Shown here: in pieces, positions 1-12,278 of the stretch
Numbering within the stretch: position 1 is the first letter of the stretch
How the letters are laid out: the number at the start of each line of letters is the position of its first letter
Assembly (NCBI GenBank): GCA_032718475.1
Contig: JAUCBJ010000364.1
Span: 1-45,027, forward strand
Reading direction: 5' to 3'
Source: Nemertoderma westbladi
Lineage: Eukaryota; Animalia; Xenacoelomorpha
Length of the DNA: 45,027 nt
The notes under the pieces: model-generated
Told to the model about the DNA's origin: nothing
Seen by the model: the letters and a program-made list of their open reading frames with translations, nothing else
Database searches by the model: none
Position numbers and translations under genes: made by a program

Positions 1-53
1 GCACAGCATTCTTAAAAATGCAGCTGCAATGCAGCATGCCGATCCTAGTAGTA
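1..53 (+). mobile_element. 3' end of an RTE-clade non-LTR retrotransposon (same family as 17114-18577)
   Basis: Matches 18525-18577 except one substitution (gatcCtagtagta vs gatcAtagtagta). Encodes the last residues AQHS* (TAA at 13-15), then the short 3' UTR and TAGTAGTA tail. It joins a different satellite from the other copies, so it is an independent insertion. Confidence 0.9.
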
Positions 54-3000
54 AGGATATCATAGTATAATATACGAGTAAGGATATCATAGTATAATAT
101 ACGAGTAAGGATATCATAGTATAATAGACGAGTAAGGATATCATAGTATAATAGAAGAGTGAGGATATCATAGTATAATAGACGAGTAAGGATATCATAG
201 TATAATATACGAGTAAAGATATCATAGTATAATAGACGAGTAAGGATATCATAGTATAATAGACGAGTAAGGATATCATAGTATAATAGAAGAGTAAGGA
301 TATCATAGTATAATAGACGAGTAAGGATATCATAGTATAATATACGAGTAAGGATATCATAGTATAATATACGAGTAAGGATATCATAGTATAATAGAAG
401 AGTAAAGATATCATAGTATAATAGACGAGTAAGGATATCATAGTATAATAGACGAGTAAGGATATCATAGTATAATATACGAGTAAGGATATCATAGTAT
501 AATAGACGAGTAAGGATATCATAGTATAATAGACGAGTAAGGATATCATAGTATAATAGAATAGTAAAGATATCATAGTATAATAGAAGAGTAAGGATAT
601 CATAGTATAATAGACGAGTAAGGATATCATAGTATAATATACGAGTAAGGATATCATAGTATAATATACGAGTAAGGATATCATAGTATAATATACGAGT
701 AAGGATATCATAGTATAATAGACGAGTAAGGATATCATAGTATAATAGAAGAGTGAGGATATCATAGTATAATAGACGAGTAAGGATATCATAGTATAAT
801 ATACGAGTAAGGATATCATAGTATAATATACGAGTAAGGATATCATAGTATAATATACGAGTAAGGATATCATAGTATAATAGACGAGTAAGGATATCAT
901 AGTATAATAGACGAGTAAGGATATCATAGTATAATAGACGAGTAAGGATATCATAGTATAATAGAAGAGTAAGGATATCATAGTATAATAGACGAGTAAG
1001 GATATCATAGTATAATATACGAGTAAGGATATTATAGTATAATAGAAGAGTAAGGATATCATAGTATAATAGACGAGTAAGGATATCATAGTATAATATA
1101 CGAGTAAGGATATTATAGTATAATAGAAGAGTGAGGATATCATAGTATAATATACGAGTAAGGATATCATAGTATAATATACGAGTAAGGACATCATAGT
1201 ATAATATACGAGTAAGGATATCATAGTATAATAGACGAGTAAGGATATCATAGTATAATAGAAGAGTAAGGATATCATAGTATAATAGACGAGTAAGGAT
1301 ATCATAGTATAATATACGAGTAAGGAAATTATAGTATAATAGAAGAGTAAGGATATCATAGCATAATATACGAGTAAGGATATCATAGTATAATATACGA
1401 GTAAGGATATCATAGTATAATATACGAGTAAGGATATCATAGTATAATAGACGAGTAAGGATATCATAGAATAATAGACGAGTAAGGATATCATAGTATA
1501 ATATACGAGTAAGGATATCATAGTATAATATACGAGTAAGGATATCATAGTATAATATACGAGTAAGGATATTATAGTATAATAGAAGAGTAAGGATATC
1601 ATAGTATAATAGACGAGTAAGGATATCATAGTATAATAGAAGAGTAAGGATATCATAGTATAATAGACGAGTAAGGATATCATAGTATAATATACGAGTA
1701 AGGATATTATAGTATAATAGAAGAGTAAGGATATCATAGTATAATAGAAGAGTAAGGATATCATAGTATAATAGACGAGTAAGGATATCATAGTATAATA
1801 TACGAGTAAGGATATTATAGTATAATAGAAGAGTAAGGATATCATAGTATAATAGAAGAGTAAGGATATCATAGTATAATAGACGAGTAAGGATATCATA
1901 GTATAATATACGAGTAAGGATATTATAGTATAATAGAAGAGTAAGGATATCATAGTATAATATACGAGTAAGGATATCATAGTATAATATACGAGTAAGG
2001 ATATCATAGTATAATATACGAGTAAGGATATCATAGTATAATAGACGAGTAAGGATATCATAGTATAATAGACGAGTAAGGATATCATAGTATAATAGAC
2101 GAGTAAGGATATCATAGTATAATATACGAGTAAGGATATTATAGTATAATAGAAGAGTAAGGATATCATAGTATAATAGACGAGTAAGGATATCATAGTA
2201 TAATATACGAGTAAGGATATCATAGAATAATAGACGAGTAAGGATATCATAGTATAATATACGAGTAAGGATATTATAGTATAATAGAAGAGTGAGGATA
2301 TCATAGTATAATATACGAGTAAGGATATCATAGTATAATATACGAGTAAGGATATCATAGAATAATAGACGAGTAAGGATATCATAGTATAATATACGAG
2401 TAAGGATATCATAGTATAATATACGAGTAAGGATATTATAGTATAATAGAAGAGTAAGGATATCATAGTATAATAGACGAGTAAGGATATCATAGTATAA
2501 TAGACGAGTAAGGATATCATAGTATAATAGACGAGTAAGGATATCATAGTATAATAGACGAGTAAGGATATCATAGTATAATAGACGAGTAAGGATATCA
2601 TAGTATAATAGACGAGTAAGGATATTATAGTATAATAGAAGAGTAAGGATATCATAGTATAATAGACGAGTAAGGATATCATAGTATAATATACGAGTAA
2701 GGATATTATAGTATAATAGAAGAGTGAGGATATCATAGTATAATATACGAGTAAGGATATCATAGTATAATATACGAGTAAGGATATCATAGTATAATAT
2801 ACGAGTAAGGATATCATAGTATAATAGACGAGTAAGGATATCATAGTATAATATACGAGTAAGGATATCATAGTATAATAGACGAGTAAGGATATCATAG
2901 TATAATAGAAGAGTGAGGATATCATAGTATAATATACGAGTAAGGATATCATAGTATAATATACGAGTAAGGATATCATAGTATAATATACGAGTAAGGA

Positions 3001-5649
3001 TATCATAGTATAATATACGAGTAAGGATATCATAGTATAATATACGAGTAAGGATATCATAGTATAATAGACGAGTAAGGATATCATAGTATAATAGAAG
3101 AGTGAGGATATCATAGTATAATATACGAGTAAGGATATCATAGTATAATATACGAGTAAGGATATCATAGTATAATATACGAGTAAGGATATCATAGTAT
3201 AATAGACGAGTAAGGATATCATAGTATAATAGAAGAGTAAGGATATCATAGTATAATAGACGAGTAAGGATATCATAGTATAATAGAAGAGTGAGGATAT
3301 CATAGTATAATATACGAGTAAGGATATCATAGTATAATATACGAGTAAGGATATCATAGTATAATATACGAGTAAGGATATCATAGTATAATATACGAGT
3401 AAGGATATCATAGTATAATAGACGAGTAAGAATATCATAGTATAATAGAAGAGTGAGGATATCATAGTATAATATACGAGTAAGGATATCATAGTATAAT
3501 ATACGAGTAAGGATATCATAGTATAATATACGAGTAAGGATATCATAGTATAATAGACGAGTAAGGATATCATAGTATAATAGAAGAGTGAGGATATCAT
3601 AGTATAATATACGAGTAAGGATATCATAGTATAATATACGAGTAAGGATATCATAGTATAATATACGAGTAAGGATATCATAGTATAATAGACGAGTAAG
3701 GATATCATAGTATAATAGACGAGTAAGGATATCATAGAATAATATACGAGTAAGGATATCATAGTATAATATACGAGTAAGGATATCATAGTATAATATA
3801 CGAGTATGGATATCATAGTATAATATACGAGTAAGGATATTATAGTATAATAGACGAGTAAGGATATCATAGTATAATAGAAGAGTAAGGATATCATAGT
3901 ATAATAGACGAGTAAGGATATCATAGTATAATATACGAGTAAGGATATTATAGTATAATAGAAGAGTAAGGATATCATAGTATAATAGACGAGTAAGGAT
4001 ATCATAGTATAATATACGAGTAAGGATATTATAGTATAATAGAAGAGTGAGGATATCATAGTATAATATACGAGTAAGGATATCATAGTATAATATACGA
4101 GTAAGGATATCATAGAATAATAGACGAGTAAGGATATCATAGTATAATATACGAGTAAGGATATCATAGTATAATAGACGAGTAAGGATATCATAGTATA
4201 ATAGAAGAGTGAGGATATCATAGTATAATAGACGAGTAAGGATATCATAGAATAATAGACGAGTAAGGATATCATAGTATAATAGACGAGTAAGGATATC
4301 ATAGAATAATAGACGAGTAAGGATATCATAGTATAATAGACGAGTAAGGATATCATAGAATAATAGACGAGTAAGGATATCATAGTATAATATACGAGTA
4401 AGGATATCGTAGTACAATAGACGAGTAAGGATATCATAGTATAATATACGAGTAAGGATATCATAGTATAATAGACGAGTGAGGATATCATAGTATAATA
4501 GACGAGTAAGGATATCATAGTATAATAGAAGAGTAAGGATATCATAGTATAATAGACTAGTAAGGATATCATAGTATAATAGACGAGTAAGGATATCATA
4601 GTATAATAGACGAGTAAGGATATCATAGTATAATATACGAGTAAGGATATCATAGTATAATAGACGAGTAAGGATATCATAGCATAATAGAAGAGTAAGG
4701 ATATCATAGTATAATAGACGAGTAAGGATATCATAGTATAATAGAGGAGTAAGGATATCATAGCATAATAGAAGAGTAAGGATATCATAGTATAATAGAA
4801 GAGTGAGGATATCATAGTATAATAGACGAGTAAGGATATCATAGAATAATAGACGAGTAAGGATATCATAGTATAATAGACGAGTAAGGATATCATAGTA
4901 TAATATACGAGTAAGGATATCATAGTATAATAGACGAGTAAGGATATCATAGCATAATAAAAGAGTAAGGATATCATAGTATAATAGAAGAGTGAGGATA
5001 TCATAGTATAATAGACGAGTAAGGATATCATAGAATAATAGACGAGTAAGGATATCATAGTATAATAGACGAGTAAGGATATCATAGAATAATAGACGAG
5101 TAAGGATATCATAGTATAATAGACGAGTAAGGATATCATAGAATAATAGACGAGTAAGGATATCATAGTATAATATACGAGTAAGGATATCGTAGTACAA
5201 TAGACGAGTAAGGATATCATAGTATAATATACGAGTAAGGATATCATAGTATAATAGACGAGTAAGGATATCATAGTATAATAGACGAGTAAGGATATCA
5301 TAGTATAATAGAAGAGTAAGGATATCATAGTATAATAGACTAGTAAGGATATCATAGTATAATAGACGAGTAAGGATATCATAGTATAATAGACGAGTAA
5401 GGATATCATAGTATAATATACGAGTAAGGATATCATAGTATAATAGACGAGTAAGGATATCATAGCATAATAGAAGAGTAAGGATATCATAGTATAATAG
5501 ACGAGTAAGGATATCATAGTATAATAGAGGAGTAAGGATATCATAGTATAATATACGAGTAAGGATATCATAGAATAATATACGAGTAAGGATATCATAG
5601 TATAATATACGAGTAAGGATATCATAGTATAATAGAAGAGTAAAGATAT
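50..5649. repeat. Satellite A: 27-bp tandem array, consensus GAGTAAGGATATCATAGTATAATAGAC, ~207 copies
   Basis: A 27-bp period is directly visible. Variation is concentrated at the unit end (AGAC/ATAC/AGAA) plus TAT/CAT, GTGAGG and AGAAT variants. Confidence 0.98.
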
Positions 5650-8326
5650 GTGCCCCTGGTGCTGCACGAAGGCCCCGTGACCTGGCTGGATGTGCCCCTG
5701 GTGCTGCACGAAGGCCCTGTAACCTGGCTGGATGTGCCCCTGGTGCTGCACAAAGGCCCTGTGACCTGCCTGGATGTGCCCCTGGTGCTGCACAAAGGCC
5801 CCGTGACCTGCCTGGATGTGCCCCTGGTGATGCACGAAAGCCCTGTAACCTGCCTGGATGTGCCCCTGGTGCTGCACGAAGGCTCAATGACCTGGCTGGA
5901 TGTGCCCCTGGTGCTGCACGAAGGCCCAATGACCTGACTGGATGTGCCCCTGATGCTGCACGAAGGCCCAATGAACTGGCTGGATATGCCCCTGTTGCTG
6001 CACGAAGGCCCTTTAACCTGCCTGGATGTGCCCCTGGTGCTGCACAAAGGCCCCATGACCTGCCTGGATGTGCCCCTGGTGCTGCACGAAGGCCCCGTAA
6101 CCTGCCTGAATGTGCCCCTGGTGCTGCACGAAGGCCCAATGACCTGGCTGGATGTGCCCCTGGTGCTGCACAAAGGCCCAATGACTTGGCTGGATGTGCC
6201 CCTGGTGCTGCACAAAGGCCCAATGACCTGGCTGTATGTGCCCCTGGTGCTGCACGAAGGTCCCGTGACCTGCCTGGATGTGCCCCTGGTGCTGCACGAA
6301 GGCCCTATAACCTGCCTGGATGTGCCCCTGGTGCTGCACGAAGGCCCTATAACCTGCCTGGATGTGCCCCTGGTGCTGCACAAAGGCCCTGTAACCTGCC
6401 TGGATGTACCCCTGGTGCTGCACGAAGGCCCTGTAACCTGCCTGGATGTGCCCCTGGTGCTGCACAAAGGCCCTGTAACCTGCCTGGATGTGCCCCTGGT
6501 GCTGCACGAAGGCCCTGTAACCTGGCTGGATGTGCCCCTGGTGCTGCACAAAGGCCCTGTAACCTGCCTGGATGTGCCCCTGGTGCTGCACGAAGGCCCT
6601 GTAACCTGGCTGTATGTGCCCCTGGTGCTGCACGAAGGCCCTATAACCTGCCTGGATGTGCCCCTGGTGCTGCACAAAGGCCCTGTAACCTGCCTGGATG
6701 TGCCCCTGGTGCTGCACGAAGGCCCTGTAACCTGGCTGGATGTGCCCCTGGTGCTGCACGAAGGCCCTGTAACCTGCCTGGATGTGCCCCTGGTGCTGCA
6801 CGAAAGCCCAATGACCTGGCTGTATGTGCCCCTGGTGCTGCACGAAGGCCCAATGACCTGGCTGGATGTGCCCCTGGTGCTGCACGAAGGCCCCGCGACC
6901 TGGCTGGAAATGCCCCTGGTGCTGCACGAAGGCCCTATAACCTGCCTGGATGTGCCCCTGGTGCTGCACAAAGGCCCTGTAACCTGCCTGGATGTACCCC
7001 TGGTGCTGCACGAAGGCCCTGTAACCTGGCTGGATGTGCCCCTGGTGCTGCACGAAGGCCCTGTAACCTGGCTGTATGTGCCCCTGGTGCTGCACGAAGG
7101 CCCTGTCACCTGGCTGGATGTGCCCCTGGTGCTGCACGAAGGCCCAATGACCTGGCTGGAAATGCCCCTGGTGCTGCACGAAGGCCCTATAACCTACCTG
7201 GATGTGCCCCTGGTGCTGCACGAAGGCCCTGTCACCTGGCTGGATGTGCCCCTGGTGCTGCACGAAGGCCCTGTAACCTGGCTGTATGTGCCCCTGGTGC
7301 TGCACGAAGGCCCTGTAACCTGGCTGTATGTGCCCCTGGTGCTGCACGAAGGCCCTGTAACCTGGCTGGATGTGCCCCTGGTGCTGCACGAAGGCCCAAT
7401 GACTTGGCTGGATGTGCCCCTGGTGCTGCACGAAGGCCCTATAACCTACCTGGATGTGCCCCTGGTGCTGCACGAAGGCCCTGTCACCTGGCTGGATATG
7501 CCCCTGGTGCTGCACGAAGGCCCTGTAACCTGGCTGGATGTGCCCCTGGTGCTGCACGAAGGCCCTGTAACCTGGCTGGATGTGCCCCTGGTGCTGCACG
7601 AAGGCCCAATGACTTGGCTGGATGTGCCCCTGGTGCTGCACGAAGGCCCAATGACTTGGCTGGATGTGCCCCTTGTGCTGCACGAAGGCCCTGTAACCTG
7701 GCTGGATGTGCCCCTGGTGCTGCACGAAGGCCCAATGACTTGGCTGGATGTGCCCCTGGTGCTGCACGAAGGCCCTATAACCTACCTGGATGTGCCCCTG
7801 GTGCTGCACGAAGGCCCTGTCACCTGGCTGGATATGCCCCTGGTGCTGCACGAAGGCCCTGTAACCTGGCTGGATGTGCCCCTGGTGCTGCACGAAGGCC
7901 CTGTAACCTGGCTGGATGTGCCCCTGGTGCTGCACGAAGGCCCAATGACTTGGCTGGATGTGCCCCTGGTGCTGCACGAAGGCCCAATGACTTGGCTGGA
8001 TGTGCCCCTTGTGCTGCACGAAGGCCCAATGACTTGGCTGGATGTGCCCCTGGTGCTGCACAAAGGCCCTGTGACCTGGCTGTATGTGCCCCTGGTGCTG
8101 CACGAAGGCCCAATGACCTGGCTGGATGTGCCCCTGGTGCTGCACAAAGGCCCAATGACTTGGCTGGATGTGCCCCTGGTGCTGCACGAAGGCCCCGCGA
8201 CCTGGCTGGATGTGCCCCTGGTGCTGCACGAAGGCCCAATGACCTGGCTGGATGTGCCCCTGGTGCTGCACGAAGGCCCCGCGACCTGGCTGGATGTGCC
8301 CCTGGTGCTGCACGAAGGCCCTGTAA
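5647..8326. repeat. Satellite B: 42-bp GC-rich tandem array, consensus GATGTGCCCCTGGTGCTGCACGAAGGCCCTGTAACCTGGCTG, ~64 copies
   Basis: A 42-bp period is directly visible. Because the unit is a multiple of 3, it gives 14-aa repeat ORFs in several frames on both strands. Confidence 0.97.
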
Positions 8327-8389
8327 TTTAGGGAAAGGAGCAGGTTACAGTGGCACCTTATTTTTTACATAATCTTTCACATAGCCCAA

Positions 8390-8970
8390 ATAGTTACAGA
8401 ACTTAAATATTTAGGACATATTTTGTGCCGCAATACCGATGATAATCCTGATATACTTAACCAACTTAGGTCATTTTATAGGACGGCTAATAGTTTAATA
8501 AGGAAATTTGGTAGTTGTTCTACGGAAGTTAAGGTCAACCTATTCCGCTGTTTCTGCACCCAGTTTTATTGCAACGCGTTATGGGCTAAACTTAACTACT
8601 CCTGTGACGTGCATAATAAAATTCGGGTTGCGTATAACACTACTGCTAGGCGTTTATTTAGGTGTAGCTATGGTACAAGCGTTTCGTTCATGTTTGGTGT
8701 ATGTAACTTACCTAAGTTTATTCATATTAGGGCTAATGCTATAGATTCTTTGTTTTCACGTGTTTCGTATTCTACCAACCGGTTGGTTCGTGCTACCGTA
8801 GAATCTACTTCTTTCACAAGTAGAATTGTTCAAATGCGTAATTTATCAAATATTTAGATTATGGTTTTTAGGTTAGGTAGGTAGCATTAATTTTGTGCTG
8901 AATAATTATATTAATTAAATTTTACTGTTTTATGGGCCCCTGTGGCCTGCAATAAAGATTAATAATAATT
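8390..8970 (+). mobile_element. 5'-truncated non-LTR retrotransposon: RT C-terminal region, 3' UTR and tail (clade uncertain, Proto2/RTEX-like)
   Basis: Extending ORF 8423..8857 upstream in frame gives IVTELKYLGHILCRNTDDNPDILNQLRSFYRTANSLIRKFGSCSTEVKVNLFRCFC..YCNALW, which contains the KYLG motif and thumb region of LINE RTs. Stop at 8855-8857, AATAAA at 8951-8956, then a (TAA)n tail. The 5' boundary is approximate. Confidence 0.8.
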
Positions 8971-9011
8971 TACCAAAACTATAAACTAAACAGAAATATC
9001 ATATAACTAAC

Positions 9012-9334
9012 CTGTTGCCAAATTTCTGAACCGGCTCCAGAATAATTCAGAAAGTCACAGAATTCGTAGTGGGACCACATATTACTTTTGGGAAGCAAAT
9101 TAGATCGCGTCTGATCATTCTTATACTTATATTGGATAGAATTATTTGCTAGATGTATAGATTCGTGGAAATTCTCCAAAGTATATTGCTGACTGCAAAA
9201 TCTCAGATAACAATCTCTATACCACCATACAGTGAGAGGGTTCCAATCAGTAACAACAAACCACTGTCTGATATCGAACTTAGTATTGTGGATTAGAAGG
9301 GGGCGTTCCAGGTACTTCTGAACAACAAGTCGAC
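9012..9334 (-). CDS. TTLL3: Internal coding exon of a tubulin monoglycylase (TTLL3/TTLL8 family, TTL domain)
   Basis: Manual minus-strand translation: (G)RLVVQKYLERPLLIHNTKFDIRQWFVVTDWNPLTVWWYRDCYLRFCSQQYTLENFHESIHLANNSIQYKYKNDQTRSNLLPKSNMWSHYEFCDFLNYSGAGSEIWQQ. This has the TTL motifs QKY.E.P, KFD.R and HL.N, plus the glycylase-type RQWF.VTDWNPLT and NNSIQ..LP..NMWS. Acceptor ttttgttaccattaAG at 9336-9335 has an in-frame TAA just upstream (phase 1). Donor CAG|GTTAGT at 9011 (phase 0). TTLL3 versus TTLL8 orthology cannot be resolved here. Confidence 0.93.
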
Positions 9335-9403
9335 CTTAATGGTAACAAAATTTATAAGCAGTGTAGAATTCGCAACAATTAATTGTTAAAATTGTAGACA
9401 CAG

Positions 9404-11388
9404 TGTGTGTGTGTGGTGTATACTGTACAGGTACACAGTAAGTACAAGACTGTACTTGTGTGTGGTGTATACTGTACAGGTACACAGTTAGTACAAGACT
9501 GTACTTGTGTGTGGTGTATACTGTACAGGTACACAGTAAGTACTAGACGGTACTTGTGTGTGGTGTATACTGTACAGGTACACAGTTAGTACAAGACGGT
9601 ACTTGTGTGTGGTGTATACTGTACAGGTACACAGTAAGTACAAGACTGTACTTGTGTGTGGTGTATACTGTACAGGTACACAGTAAGTACTAGACGGTTG
9701 TGTGTGGTGTATACTGTACAGGTACACAGTAAGTACAAGACTGTACTTGTGTGTGGTGTATACTGTACAGGTACACAGTAAGTACTAGACGGTTGTGTGT
9801 GGTGTATACTGTACAGGTACACAGTAAGTACTAGACGGTACTTGTGTGTGGTGTATACTGTACAGGTACACAGTAAGTACTAGACGGTACTTGTGTGTGG
9901 TGTATACTGTACAGGTACACAGTAAGTACAAGACTGTACTTGTGTGTGGTGTATACTGTACAGGTACACAGTAAGACTAGACGGTACTTGTGTGTGGTGT
10001 ATACTGTACAGGTACACAGTAAGTACAAGACTGTACTTGTGTGTGGTGTATACTGTACAGGTACACAGTAAGTACTAGACGGTACTTGTGTGTGGTGTAT
10101 ACTGTACAGGTACACAGTAAGTACTAGACTGTACTTGTGTGTGGTGTATACTGTACAGGTACACAGTAAGTACAAGACGGTACTTGTGTGTGGTGTATAC
10201 TGTACAGGTACACAGTTAGTACAAGACTGTACTTGTGTGTGGTGTATACTGTACAGGTACACAGTAAGTACTAGACGGTACTTGTGTGTGGTGTATACTG
10301 TACAGGTACACAGTAAGTACTAGACGGTTGTGTGTGGTGTATACTGTACAGGTACACAGTAAGTACTAGACGGTACTTGTGTGTGGTGTATACTGTACAG
10401 GTACACAGTAAGTACTAGACGGTTGTGTGTGGTGTATACTGTACAGGTACACAGTAAGTACTAGACGGTACTTGTGTGTGGTGTATACTGTACAGGTACA
10501 CAGTAAGTACTAGACGGTTGTGTGTGGTGTATACTGTACAGGTACACAGTAAGTACTAGACGGTACTTGTGTGTGGTGTATACTGTACAGGTACACAGTA
10601 AGTACTAGACGGTTGTGTGTGGTGTATACTGTACAGGTACACAGTAAGTACTAGACGGTACTTGTGTGTGGTGTATACTGTACAGGTACACAGTAAGTAC
10701 TAGACGGTACTTGTGTGTGGTGTATACTGTACAGGTACACAGTAAGTACAAGACTGTACTTGTGTGTGGTGTATACTGTACAGGTACACAGTAAGACTAG
10801 ACGGCACTTGTGTGTGGTGTATACTGTACAGGTACACAGTAAGTACAAGACTGTACTTGTGTGTGGTGTATACTGTACAGGTTCACAGTAAGTACTAGAC
10901 GGTACTTGTGTGTGGTGTATACTGTACAGGTACACAGTAAGTACTAGACTGTACTTGTGTGTGGTGTATACTGTACAGGTACACAGTAAGTACAAGACGG
11001 TACTTGTGTGTGGTGTATACTGTACAGGTACACAGTTAGTACAAGACTGTACTTGTGTGTGGTGTATACTGTACAGGTACACAGTAAGTACTAGACGGTA
11101 CTTGTGTGTGGTGTATACTGTACAGGTACACAGTAAGTACTAGACTGTACTTGTGTGTGGTGTATACTGTACAGGTACACAGTAAGTACAAGACGGTACT
11201 TGTGTGTGGTGTATACTGTACAGGTACACAGTAAGTACTAGACGGTACTTGTGTGTGGTGTATACTGTACAGGTACACAGTAAGTACAAGACGGTACTTG
11301 TGTTTGGTGTATACTGTACAGGTACACAGTAAGTACAAGACTGTACTTGTGTGTGGTGTATACTGTACAGGTACACAGTAAGTACAAG
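9404..11388. repeat. Satellite C: 49-bp tandem array (46/48-bp variants), TGTGTGTGGTGTATACTGTACAGGTACACAGTAAGTACTAGACGGTACT, ~40 copies
   Basis: A 49-bp period is visible. It contains an internal 820-bp duplication: the gtaagactag variant occurs at 9971 and 10791, and ORF pairs are offset by 820. Confidence 0.97.
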
Positions 11389-12278
11389 CTGGCATTTATT
11401 TAATTAGGTTTTATTTTAAAATTATAAATCCCAGGATGCACAACTCAAGGTTAAATAAAAACTAACTAGCATAGAAAGATTCACTAATTAAAAGACACTA
11501 AAACAGACACTAGGCATAAGGATAAATGCATACAAATAGCAAAGCGACCAGTAAAATAAAGTTTATTACATTAAATTATATTACAAAGAATATAGGCATA
11601 CATGTCTGGCACATTACAATTGGTTTGTTAAAAAGCCTTCAGGCATAATTAAAATAATGGATTTATCAAAACGGTTAACGATGCAAAAGCCATCAATTGC
11701 TCACGTCTAAAATATTGTTAAAACATAAACATAACATTCTGGATTCAATTCTGAATAAAAAGCACATAAAATAAATTATAATCATAAAGCATATAAAAGC
11801 TGAATAAGAGATAAGACAACACGAGAAGAAGACTACTACATTTCGTTATGCCAGAGAAACACAGGCAAACGATTGATAACGATTAAAACGCACGTCAAAT
11901 CGGAAAAACAAAAAAAGCGCAATTTAAGAAAAATAGGAACAGATCAAAATCAATTGGAACTAATATAAATAGTTAAGACTGCATCCATCAGGGAGATTTA
12001 AAGGTATTCAACCAAGAGATTGCAAATAAAGAAAACGAGGGCCGGTGAAAAGTGCATCAAATAAAGTATAGATCAAGTATCAAATTCAGATAAGTGTGGT
12101 ATGTGGAAGTTTATGGGAGGAGCGAAAAGAAAATAAAAAAAAAAAACACTATGGACCGAATCTATTCCTAACTAAATCCAACTTCTCGGACAGGCTAAGC
12201 CCGTTCCTACTGCAGCAACTCCTTAAAAACCAAGGGTTCTCCATGTTGGACAGGTTGATTTGCCCCTCCTCCAGTTGA
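11389..12278 (-). other. 890-bp unique insert resembling the 3' end of a transcript or LINE (short coding-like tail, long T-rich 3' UTR, AATAAA)
   Basis: Splits a satellite C unit (aagtacaag | ggtacttg). The minus strand reads QLEEGQINLSNMENPWFLRSCCSRNGLSLSEKLDLVRNRFGP* (stop 12151-12149), then ~750 bp of T-rich sequence with AATAAA at 11415-11410 and 11400-11395. No homolog recognised. Confidence 0.45.

Noticed and set aside
50-5649. TATAAT in each unit as bacterial -10 boxes
   Set aside because: Eukaryotic satellite with no -35 element or downstream genes.
5622-8372. Long ORFs (495-795 aa) of 14-aa repeats such as DVPLVLHEGPVTWL and HQGHIQPGYRAFVQ
   Set aside because: They result from a 42-bp unit that is open in several frames on both strands. 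There are no unique termini, the frames disagree on which changes are silent, and one frame has an internal TGA at 5935-5937.
9374-9387. 14-bp palindrome AACAATTAATTGTT between the exon acceptor and satellite C
   Set aside because: AT-rich, single occurrence and no supporting context, so plausibly chance.
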